Below, piece after piece: positions 19,514 through 26,984 of a stretch of 40,527 nucleotides of DNA. Positions within the stretch are counted from its first letter, which is position 1; every line of letters starts with the position of its first letter. The DNA is from a virus (lineage: Duplodnaviria > Caudoviricetes). The notes beneath the pieces were generated by a model, which was not told the origin of the DNA, did not search any database, and saw only the letters and a program-made list of their open reading frames with translations. A program made the position numbers and the translations under genes. The stretch is taken from positions 1 to 40,527 of IMG/VR virus record IMGVR_UViG_3300037873_000016; one strand, written 5' to 3'.

Positions 19514-20827
19514 TCAATCCACGACAGTCCGCATAAATTCTCCGAGCTCTGCAGATCCTTCGCGTAAGAGCTCTGAGAAGAGTCCTTCGATTCGGTCGAT
19601 GTGTTCGGTTCGTCCATGCAGCCTCCATTTGTCGAGCAGCGTAATTGTCTGCTCTGCTAGCCAGTAGTCGAGCAGCATTGAGTCCTCCGGAGAATCGCTC
19701 AGTAGCCCGAGTTCCGCGCCGACCCAGAACATCACGAGCTCGCGAGACAACGGCGGCGCCGCAACGAGCTGTGATCGCACCGGTGGCAAAGTGGAGAGTA
19801 GGTCGCGCAGCGGCACATCGGCCCATCCGTCTATGTGCACGCCACCCTCTGTGCAGTTGTACGTCCGAGCGTCAGAGTGGATGTCCGCCCAACGCGATAG
19901 CCAATCGCGCACTGCCACGAACAGCGGCGATGTCAGCACCTCGGCTCCGCCTCCCCAGCCCGGCGCCTTGCGTGCATCGAGCTCAGTCGGCAACGGGTCG
20001 GCGCGTCGATGCTCAGGCACGTTGCCCCAGTCGATATGCACGTGCCCGTCGACCTCCTGTGCGCTGCCAGTGCCCGCGTAGACGCGCCCATCAGTCCAGG
20101 CCAGGTCTTGACCTACCAGCACGATAGGGTCGCAGCCGAGGCGCCTAGCGAGGCTGACGGCCGCGGTGCTACCGGAGCCAGAGGTAGCGAGCCGCGGCAC
20201 GCCAGTGAGTTGTTCGATGAGCGCGCCTAGCTCGCCATTCCAGATCGGCAAGAGCTGGCCGCCTGAGCACTCCATTAGCGCAGGGTCGCAGGTCAGGCCG
20301 AATGCTCTCCGTTCTTCGACCAGATGCAGCTTGTGGCGGATGTCGTTCGATTCGATACAGAGCGCGATGTGAGCCGGTACCCATCTGGTTGCTGAGTTGA
20401 CAGCGATCACAAGGCCGTTCTCACGCACTCGCTCGAGTAGGCGATGATTCTTCGTGAGACTCGGCCCAGCTCCGACGATGAACGCTGGTACCGGCGTCGA
20501 CATTGCACCTGCCATCACGTACGGGCACTCCCATAGGTAACGCAGGTTGCGCAGCAGATGCTCAACCCACGTGCGAGACCGAAGCTGGCTCGTCATGCGG
20601 TTCTGCGCAGAGCGTTCCACGAGCTCATCCACCTGACGCTGCAGTCGGTCACTGCCATCCAGCACAAGTACGCCAGTCTCGCGCAGCGTCAGCCTCGACC
20701 AATGCGTGTAGTCGTCGTCTGTTAGCTGATCGCGACGCAGGATGATGTGTCCAGGAAAGCGCTGCTTCGCTTCGTGGAGCGCCGCTTCGGAGCCGCAAAG
20801 GACTAATGTGTCTCTAGGTAAGCTCAT
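19514..20827 (-). CDS. Maf-type (DUF115/MptE-like) glycosyltransferase; putative nonulosonic-acid protein O-transferase
   Basis: PAFIVGAGPSL, VIAVNSA, GSGSTAAVSLARRLGCDPIVLVGQDLAW and YNCTEGG are the motif set of motility-associated-factor (Maf) proteins. It is adjacent to neuA/C/B. Confidence 0.82.
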   Translation of the reverse strand: MSLPRDTLVLCGSEAALHEAKQRFPGHIILRRDQLTDDDYTHWSRLTLRETGVLVLDGSDRLQRQVDELVERSAQNRMTSQLRSRTWVEHLLRNLRYLWECPYVMAGAMSTPVPAFIVGAGPSLTKNHRLLERVRENGLVIAVNSATRWVPAHIALCIESNDIRHKLHLVEERRAFGLTCDPALMECSGGQLLPIWNGELGALIEQLTGVPRLATSGSGSTAAVSLARRLGCDPIVLVGQDLAWTDGRVYAGTGSAQEVDGHVHIDWGNVPEHRRADPLPTELDARKAPGWGGGAEVLTSPLFVAVRDWLSRWADIHSDARTYNCTEGGVHIDGWADVPLRDLLSTLPPVRSQLVAAPPLSRELVMFWVGAELGLLSDSPEDSMLLDYWLAEQTITLLDKWRLHGRTEHIDRIEGLFSELLREGSAELGEFMRTVVD

Positions 20828-21195
20828 GGCCTGCTCCAGCGAGGGTGCGGCTTACCGTCCGCAAACCATCGCCCCCAACCGCCACGATATCGACCCTTTG
20901 CAATCATGTCCTGATTGTTATCGCTACGTGTTCCCAGAAACAGATGCTCTGGGTTCACACACGCCGGCGTGTCGCACTTATGCAGGACGCACTTGCCATC
21001 GGGGATTACGTCACGGAAAAATTCCCAGGCGTAGCGTGGTGCAAGGGTGGTTCCCGACGCACGACCAGCTTCACTAAACACCCCGTAGCCCTGCCGATTC
21101 TTTGCGCCTGTCCAGAGCCAGCAACCATCCCCAACCCGGACGTACCGAAAGAAACGAATATAGATCACCTCGCTCTTTTGATCAGGGATTTTCAC
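20824..21195 (-). CDS. HNH homing endonuclease (HNH_3-like)
   Basis: GCWLWTGA...GYG...VLHKCDTPACVNPEHLFLGT..DN..DM..KGR. Confidence 0.9.
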   Translation of the reverse strand: MKIPDQKSEVIYIRFFRYVRVGDGCWLWTGAKNRQGYGVFSEAGRASGTTLAPRYAWEFFRDVIPDGKCVLHKCDTPACVNPEHLFLGTRSDNNQDMIAKGRYRGGWGRWFADGKPHPRWSRP

Positions 21196-21733
21196 CGAAT
21201 CTCCTCCGAACCTCTTCCAAGTCAGATTGGTAATTTATGTCGATGTAGTCGCCTATCGTTGGAACCTCGAGGCTGTATCTAGACCAGCATGCCTCTGCCC
21301 ATTCCGGAAACATATAGATTCCGTTTCGCTTGCCTCCACTCACTGACACAACGGTACGGCTGCCCCGTAGCTCGTGATAGGCCGCATGCACCCTGGTCAA
21401 GTCTCCGGCTTGCAGCTCCGGCGTGGTGCACTGAAGAACGCAAATGTCTTGCGGATAGGGAAGCTCGCGCTCGGCTATTGAGCCCATCAGATATTGCACC
21501 ACGTCAATCGTGGGCACGTCATCGCGGGCCAATTCCGCCGGGCGCTCAGTGGCGAATTCTCCGGCTACTTCCAGAATCTCTGGATCTTCCGATGAGACAA
21601 TCAGCCTAGCGAAGTTTCCGTGGCTCAGGGCGAGCCGTATCGCCCGCTCGATCAACGTCACGCCTCCAACGACTTGCAGGTTCTTGCGCGGGATACGTTT
21701 CGAGCCGCCGCGTGCGGGTATGATGCAGATCAT
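21182..21733 (-). CDS. neuA: CMP-nonulosonate synthetase (acylneuraminate cytidylyltransferase)
   Basis: IIPARGGSKRIPRKN, IVSSED, RPAELARD, LQCTTP and terminal DINYQSD motifs. Confidence 0.92.
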   Translation of the reverse strand: MICIIPARGGSKRIPRKNLQVVGGVTLIERAIRLALSHGNFARLIVSSEDPEILEVAGEFATERPAELARDDVPTIDVVQYLMGSIAERELPYPQDICVLQCTTPELQAGDLTRVHAAYHELRGSRTVVSVSGGKRNGIYMFPEWAEACWSRYSLEVPTIGDYIDINYQSDLEEVRRRFGENP

Positions 21734-22743
21734 CAGAGCTGCTCCAAAGCGTCACAGATGCGTTGCGCGGCCTTGCCGTCGCCGTAGTCTGACACTGGCT
21801 CGCGCTTGGTGCTGATCGCCTCACGAAACACTCGAACCAACTCATCTGCCGTGGCATCCGGCGAACAATGATAAGCCCCAAGCAACGGGCGCCCTAATTG
21901 CCGCCAACCAATTAGCACGCCAGGTATGCCGAGCGCTGATGCCTCGCGCACAATGACGGAGCTGTTGCCGACGATGAGCTTAGCTGACCGCAAGTACGAA
22001 TAGAACAGCTCCGGTGTCATGTTGCGATGTGTGTTACGGATGCCGAGCCTTCGAATGGTATCAATGATGTGCTCGTTGCCAGGATCTGGATTCGGCCACC
22101 ACACATGACACTCGCCAACTCGTGCTGCGGCTTCGAGCACTGGCGAGTAATCCGTCTCATTGTCCGCCGGGTGCAGCATGACCATCACGACAGACTCAGG
22201 ATGCGGCTCAGCCTGCAGCGCTGTATCGATGCGCGGGCAGCCGGTCAGGTGCACATACCTCGGATTACGCACCCATACCTGTAGCCAGTCTTGAGCGCCC
22301 TGCGTCGCAACAAAGTGAACATAGGCTAACGCCGACACAGCCTCGCGCACATAATCGTCAAAGTTGCCGCTGCGTTCGCCGCCCATCTGATGAGCTATCG
22401 TTTTGCCTGCAAGCAGTGCGGAGTACGCCACAGCAAGCACCTCGTAGCGATCGCCGACGACGTACACGACGTCCTCATCGCCAAGGTCTTGCATGAGCGC
22501 GAGTGCCGACGTTAGCGCCGCGCTGTTGTGACCAGGGACGAGGGCTGAGCCACGAGTCAGGTACAGATTGGGGAGCCATTCGTTTTCTATATCCGACGCA
22601 ACGTCGCCGTACATCCGGTCAATTGCGCTGGCGTAGCAGAGCACACGCATTGAATGTCCTCGCTTATGCCACTCGCGAATTACCGCACAACTGCTTCCCC
22701 AGTTAGCTCTGCTGCCTATCGTGAAAAGAATACTACTCGCCAT
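21733..22743 (-). CDS. neuC: NDP-N-acetylglucosamine 2-epimerase, hydrolysing (NeuC/LegG family)
   Basis: GSRANW, GDRYE, HQMGGERSG..D..VR.A, G.P.ID, PN.DPG, VGNSS, IG.RQ.GR and YGDG.AA motifs. Confidence 0.9.
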   Translation of the reverse strand: MASSILFTIGSRANWGSSCAVIREWHKRGHSMRVLCYASAIDRMYGDVASDIENEWLPNLYLTRGSALVPGHNSAALTSALALMQDLGDEDVVYVVGDRYEVLAVAYSALLAGKTIAHQMGGERSGNFDDYVREAVSALAYVHFVATQGAQDWLQVWVRNPRYVHLTGCPRIDTALQAEPHPESVVMVMLHPADNETDYSPVLEAAARVGECHVWWPNPDPGNEHIIDTIRRLGIRNTHRNMTPELFYSYLRSAKLIVGNSSVIVREASALGIPGVLIGWRQLGRPLLGAYHCSPDATADELVRVFREAISTKREPVSDYGDGKAAQRICDALEQL

Positions 22744-23551
22744 GTAAAAAGACCTTTCTCGTAGCTAGCATCTGTTCCGAATTCATCAGCTCATCCCGCG
22801 TCACCGTCGACGCCATCGCTTGCTCAAGCCACCGGATCTCACTCACGAGTTGCTCAAACTCCGCCGGCTCGAGCGAATGCTGCGCATCGCTTCCGTACTG
22901 ATCCCGACTGAAGCACACATGCCGCTCGATAGCGCACGCACCCAGCGCCACTGCAGCGATACTCAGTGCTAAGCCCATCGTGTGGTCCGATAGACCAAGC
23001 CGCGGACCAACAGTGAAAAACCGCTTGTACATGTCGTTGTACAAAGCGTGCTCAGCACTGCACGGATACTCGCTCGTGCAGTGCATTTCTACCCAGTCCT
23101 CGCTGACAGGCAGCTTGAGCTCCGCATGCTTAGCCATGCCCGTTGAGTAGTATACAGGTCGCTCGGTCCGGCGTAACGCCTCGCGCAGCTCTGTGTTCGT
23201 TAACTGCCCGCTCGGGAGCTTGTATGCATCAGGGGGAGCGTGCTCTTCGAGCATCGTGACCGCTTCAACGGCGAACACAGAGGGCACGAAGTCGACACTG
23301 TAATCCTTGCATCGGCCTCTTAACTCCGCCCATTGCACCGGCGTGAATCCGGTACGCTCGAAGTACTCCGCCCTGCCTTCGTCGCGAAAGAACACGGGTA
23401 GTGGCGCATCCGGCGCGACTTGCTGCCCATGATGACACTGGAACTTGATCGCATCGGCTCCGAGCTCCGCGAACACATCGACCATGCGCAACGCGTTGCC
23501 TAGCGAGCCATCGTGCGTTGAGCCCACTTCGGCCATGATGTAAACGCTCAT
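22733..23551 (-). CDS. neuB: Nonulosonic acid synthase (NeuB/LegI/PseI family), lacking the C-terminal AFP-like domain
   Basis: AEVGSTHDGS, GADAIKFQ, K.PSG, STGM, HCTSEYP, GLSDHT and IERH motifs. Start ATG 23551 by ATGA overlap. Confidence 0.92.
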   Translation of the reverse strand: MSVYIMAEVGSTHDGSLGNALRMVDVFAELGADAIKFQCHHGQQVAPDAPLPVFFRDEGRAEYFERTGFTPVQWAELRGRCKDYSVDFVPSVFAVEAVTMLEEHAPPDAYKLPSGQLTNTELREALRRTERPVYYSTGMAKHAELKLPVSEDWVEMHCTSEYPCSAEHALYNDMYKRFFTVGPRLGLSDHTMGLALSIAAVALGACAIERHVCFSRDQYGSDAQHSLEPAEFEQLVSEIRWLEQAMASTVTRDELMNSEQMLATRKVFLHGE

Positions 23552-23745
23552 CCTCGCTCCATGAACGGTTTGCGCGCATATAATTCCACCATTAGTGCGG
23601 CCATGAACGCGATCTGCTTCAGTTCCCACGGTGTGAATCCGTGCTCCTCGGCCATACGCTGAAGCATGGTGACGGCTGCGTGAAAAGCAGGGTCCTCGAG
23701 ATATCGCCTTTCAGCCTCGCTCATCATTTTCGTTGGTATGCTCAT
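23548..23745 (-). CDS. Small hypothetical protein coupling the RAMP gene to neuB
   Basis: ATGA overlaps at both ends; 65 aa, helical. Confidence 0.75.
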   Translation of the reverse strand: MSIPTKMMSEAERRYLEDPAFHAAVTMLQRMAEEHGFTPWELKQIAFMAALMVELYARKPFMERG

Positions 23746-24392
23746 GACGCAAACTCCACGACGTCAAACTTCCCGTCGCCTTGTGACCGGCTTGCTCCGC
23801 ACCCGTTCTCCTGCGCATGTCGGAGAATCTGCACGATGTCCTTTTCTCCGACGTGTCTGTTCTCGCCAGGGGCTGTTTTGAGTACCCAAATCTCAAACTC
23901 GAGCACGGGTTTCTCGACGTAGTCCTGCCGCTTGAGCGCCGTCCTTGGGCCCTGCGCGGTCATCACGTGGATCGCTTTCTCCTCGGTGCCGTGCGGCTCC
24001 GTCACGCCAAGCCTGATCTTGTCAGAGCCGTCGAGTGCTTTCACTTCCATGCCCTCGGCGAGGATCTGTTTGCTCCCGACCTTGGTCTTCGTGATCCGAA
24101 GCATGCTCGCCGATTGCTTGAGCATCGCTTTGATGTTGCGTGCGGGCACGAACAACCCTTCCGCGTCGCCCGGGAATCCAATCCAACACTTCTCCGCAAC
24201 CTCGTTCACAACGAGCTCAGCATTATCCTGCGTGAGCTTGACAGCTTGCTCGTCGCTGTAGCCTGTTGTCGATTCTACCCAGGCTTTGATTAGTTCTTTA
24301 TTGCGCGGCATGCCTCCGTAGATGCGATCGCGTAGAGCAATCTTGACGCGATAGACGCTGTAGAGTTCACGTGGGTTGAAGTCGTGTTTCAT
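23742..24392 (-). CDS. Stand-alone Cas7/RAMP-superfamily protein (216 aa)
   Basis: Start ATG 24392 with AAGGAG RBS at 24402-24407. RAMP signature: first strand YRVKIAL...IYGG; FVPARNIKAMLKQ (compare the RAMP motif IPGSSLKG.LR); C-terminal Gly-rich loop GCGASRSQGDGKFDV (compare G.G..RS.G.G.F). No other cas genes in the genome. Confidence 0.8.
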   Translation of the reverse strand: MKHDFNPRELYSVYRVKIALRDRIYGGMPRNKELIKAWVESTTGYSDEQAVKLTQDNAELVVNEVAEKCWIGFPGDAEGLFVPARNIKAMLKQSASMLRITKTKVGSKQILAEGMEVKALDGSDKIRLGVTEPHGTEEKAIHVMTAQGPRTALKRQDYVEKPVLEFEIWVLKTAPGENRHVGEKDIVQILRHAQENGCGASRSQGDGKFDVVEFAS

Positions 24393-24408
24393 TGTTCTGT
24401 TCTCCTTT

Positions 24409-24750
24409 GGGGTGAATTGGCGCGGAACGGATGGGCGGGGCGCGAGATGGACCGTCGCCTCGGTGGGGTGGGGTTCGGCCTGGCCTTGTCGCGTTGGGGA
24501 AGCGAGGCGTGGAGTGGGAAGGCTCGTCGTATTGGGACGGAATGGCGCGGCACGTCGCGTTGATGCTGGCCTGGTTCGGCGCGGCACGTCGCGTTGATGC
24601 TGGATCGGGTCAGGCGGGGCATGGAATGTCGCTAAGCATCGGGCTAGAGTCGGCCCGGGGAGGCCTGTCGCGTTGGTAGGGACTTGGTTGGCTCGGGGTG
24701 GCATGTCGCAGTGGTGAGTGTTGGCTCGGTTTGTCGCGTTGGATTGATCA
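24409..24750. repeat. Pentamer-periodic array (GGNNN)n with nine GTCG(C/T) anchors; candidate guide-RNA array
   Basis: Anchors at 24454, 24488, 24526, 24554, 24588, 24628, 24667, 24705 and 24733. By manual parse, 42 of 51 intervening 5-6 nt blocks start with GG. The array fills the whole interval between the VRR-NUC stop and the RAMP RBS. Confidence 0.9.
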
Positions 24751-25101
24751 CCTATCCGCCTGCCACTCCCAGTAAGTCACGATCGCATCTGCAGGCGTTC
24801 GAACGACAGCAACACGCACACCAAGGTTTGCCGCACGCTTGTGCCATGCGACTTGCTCTGCGTTGAGCTTACCAGTCGCTGACTTCACCTCCATCCAGCC
24901 GTGGCCAACGATGTGCAAGTCAGGTGTGCCCGCTTCAGCAAGCTGCATATGCCCACGCCTGACTCGCACCTGACCGCCGCTCTGCACCCGTATGACCCAA
25001 GCACCTGCGCTCTCGAGCGCTTTGACGATGGTGCGCTGCAGCTCTGACTCTGAGCGTGAGCGTGCTGGCATACTACCAATGGGCCGCGTGTAGAGGCTCA
25101 C
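24748..25101 (-). CDS. VRR-NUC / PD-(D/E)XK nuclease (resolvase-like)
   Basis: SESELQ..I...L, GTPDL, MEVKS..GKL...Q..W and V.VVR motifs. Confidence 0.85.
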   Translation of the reverse strand: MSLYTRPIGSMPARSRSESELQRTIVKALESAGAWVIRVQSGGQVRVRRGHMQLAEAGTPDLHIVGHGWMEVKSATGKLNAEQVAWHKRAANLGVRVAVVRTPADAIVTYWEWQADR

Positions 25102-25598
25102 GCCTCCACCGCCGGCTGCTTGCGCGGTCTGCCTTTGCGTTTGCCGTTGCTCTGTGGCTTCGGTGATCGTTTCAGTCGTTTAAATTCATCCTCGTTAAGA
25201 TCTGGAAGCTTTGGCCCAGGCGACTTGGATCGGCCTCTGGTGACCTCCTCATCGAACGGCATCTCCTGCTGTCGCTCCCACGCCTCCATCGGGCGCTCGC
25301 TGACGATCTCACGGTTGTCGAGACGACGCAGAACCACGCTGTTAGTTTCAAGGCGATGCTCTTCCTGCACGTCGACCTTGCGCTTTTCGCTGCGGCTGTT
25401 GATTGCACGGAGCAATACGCCTCTCTCCCTCTCGAACTGCTTGACGTAGTTCGAGTGCTCAGCAACCACCTCCTTTTTGCGTTCCTTCGCGTAGTCCAGA
25501 TCATTCTCGCAATGCACAAGATTGTCTCGTCGCTCGTTGACCTCCGCGTTGGTCAGACTGCAGATGAATTCCTGTTGGGTGATATCTCCGTTTGCCAT
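25098..25598 (-). CDS. Hypothetical protein (coiled coil, basic tail)
   Basis: AAGGAG RBS and coupled to the downstream gene. Confidence 0.75.
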   Translation of the reverse strand: MANGDITQQEFICSLTNAEVNERRDNLVHCENDLDYAKERKKEVVAEHSNYVKQFERERGVLLRAINSRSEKRKVDVQEEHRLETNSVVLRRLDNREIVSERPMEAWERQQEMPFDEEVTRGRSKSPGPKLPDLNEDEFKRLKRSPKPQSNGKRKGRPRKQPAVEA

Positions 25599-25609
25599 TT
25601 ATTTGCTCC

Positions 25610-25954
25610 TTAGCCAGATTGCCTTCCCGGAATTCTCCGGAGTTGTCTTCTTAGTTCGCTTATCGTCACCACACTGCGATCGGTACCGTTACGAGTAACG
25701 CGCTCAGCGCATTGTTTACCAAGCTTGCCGTATACGCCGCCCAAAGCCTTATCGGTCATGCTCTCTAAGTGTTCGACGTCCTTTTCTTCCTTCTCGCGCT
25801 GCTCATGAACTCTCCGTCGCTGAAACTCTGGGCTGTTCTCGTTGCGCATAGCGTGCTGGTACAACTCGAGCAGCAATTCTCGCATCGGCCCAGAGATGTG
25901 CTCCAACCGACGCTTTGCGTCAGCATCGAGTTCATAGATTTTCTTCTCGCTCAC
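25610..25954 (-). CDS. Hypothetical protein downstream of the replication initiator
   Basis: GTGA overlap with the initiator stop; GAGGAGG RBS. Confidence 0.7.
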   Translation of the reverse strand: MSEKKIYELDADAKRRLEHISGPMRELLLELYQHAMRNENSPEFQRRRVHEQREKEEKDVEHLESMTDKALGGVYGKLGKQCAERVTRNGTDRSVVTISELRRQLRRIPGRQSG

Positions 25955-26811
25955 AGTTCCCCTCCTCGTCTTGCCGCACGCTCAAGGACTTGCTGTTCGC
26001 GCTCGCTCAAACGCTCATCGTCTGGCTTCCGCGGTCGCTTGCTAGAGTCACTGAAGTCCGAGCAGATCGCGGAAGACAGCGTCTTGCGCCAATTCGTTGT
26101 CGTCCGAAGACCCATCCCGCCCGCTACCCATTTGCCCACGAGCTTCGTGGTCAGCTGGTCAATGGCCCAGCCAGGTATGCCTCCGGTCTCAAGCGTCGCT
26201 TTCTGGTCGTCTGTAAGCCTCAGGTCAGCTGGGCAGCCTATCTCCTGAGAATCTTCAACCAGGGGCCGCTTGCCCGCGCAGGCGTCGGGCTCGCGCGCGC
26301 TAGCTGTCAGGTCTTTAGGATCTGGCTGGCTAAGATCTTTGCTGCTTGCTGCTTGCTGCTTGCTGCTTGGGTGCGCTGGCTGCGCAGAGCTGCGCGCGAC
26401 TGCGCTAGTCTGCGCTAGCGGTGCGCTAGTCTCGCTAGGTTTGCTTCTGTTCTCGGCCCACCACTTTCGCTTCCGTTCTCGCTCCTTTTCTTCTCCTTCC
26501 GAGGAGCGCTCAAGGTTGCGATATTTATCATGATTCGTAATGATCCACCCGCCCTGGACGGGCCTAATTCGGCGCCCCTCATCAACCCCAGAGCTATCGT
26601 CGGAATCCGGTGACGATAAAACATTCAGAGCCTCGAGGCAGTCCTCCCTTGGTACATTCGCCGCTCTGGCCAGTCCGCCCACAGATGCGCGAACGAACCC
26701 GTGACGATCGCAGATGAGTAGCATGGTCACCCACACGATTCTGGTGGTGGGCGTCTCTGACCAGATGCTTGAATGCACCATCGCATGAGCGAACCTGCCG
26801 TATGCAGCCAT
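25951..26811 (-). CDS. Phage replication initiator (lambda O-like/replisome organiser, winged-helix N-terminus)
   Basis: SSIW.E....RIVWVTML...D..G.V.AS..GLAR.AN...PD...S...EGRRI....GGW...NH.KYR, followed by an internal low-complexity repeat region. Start ATG 26811 by TGATG overlap. Confidence 0.75.
   Translation of the reverse strand: MAAYGRFAHAMVHSSIWSETPTTRIVWVTMLLICDRHGFVRASVGGLARAANVPREDCLEALNVLSSPDSDDSSGVDEGRRIRPVQGGWIITNHDKYRNLERSSEGEEKERERKRKWWAENRSKPSETSAPLAQTSAVARSSAQPAHPSSKQQAASSKDLSQPDPKDLTASAREPDACAGKRPLVEDSQEIGCPADLRLTDDQKATLETGGIPGWAIDQLTTKLVGKWVAGGMGLRTTTNWRKTLSSAICSDFSDSSKRPRKPDDERLSEREQQVLERAARRGGEL
26297..26438. repeat. Putative replication-origin iterons inside the initiator gene
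   Basis: GCGCTAG at 26297, 26402, 26412 and 26423, CGCTAG at 26433, and tandem TGCTGCT x4 at about 26340-26367. Confidence 0.55.
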
Positions 26812-26984
26812 CAGCGCGCCCTCGCCTCGCCCGAGCACCGAGCTTCGCCGCTGCAGCGAACGTCCGTATGCCAGTCCCGAGCGCACCGGAGGTCACAGAA
26901 GTCGCCATCCGTCTCCGGCTCTCCGCACCATGGGCACCAATCGGTTTCAGGTTCTTCGAGCACCACCAAAGTCTCCTGAATCAC
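26811..26984 (-). CDS. Small Cys-rich (Zn-ribbon) protein, 57 aa
   Basis: GTG start with GGAGG RBS; WCPWCGE...FCDLRC; its stop overlaps the initiator ATG. Below the ORF-track size cutoff. Confidence 0.65.
   Translation of the reverse strand: MIQETLVVLEEPETDWCPWCGEPETDGDFCDLRCARDWHTDVRCSGEARCSGEARAR

Noticed and set aside
19514-23551. neu/maf genes as host contamination or a chimeric join
   Set aside because: They are joined to phage genes by overlapping start/stop codons, interleaved with phage HNH genes and lie inside a closed circle.
24393-24704. 104-codon N-terminal extension of the RAMP ORF, and other ORFs over the array (24376-24597, 24389-24622, 24431-24679)
   Set aside because: The Pro/Arg- or Gly/Trp-rich translations are a by-product of the CC/GG pentamer repeat. 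A strong RBS sits before ATG 24392.
24409-24750. Canonical CRISPR array or simple G-quadruplex/microsatellite
   Set aside because: There is no 23-47 nt conserved repeat, only a 5-8 nt anchor, and the 'spacers' are internally periodic. No cas1/2/5/6 genes are present. The variable positions and regular anchors go beyond a simple satellite, though G4 formation is not excluded.
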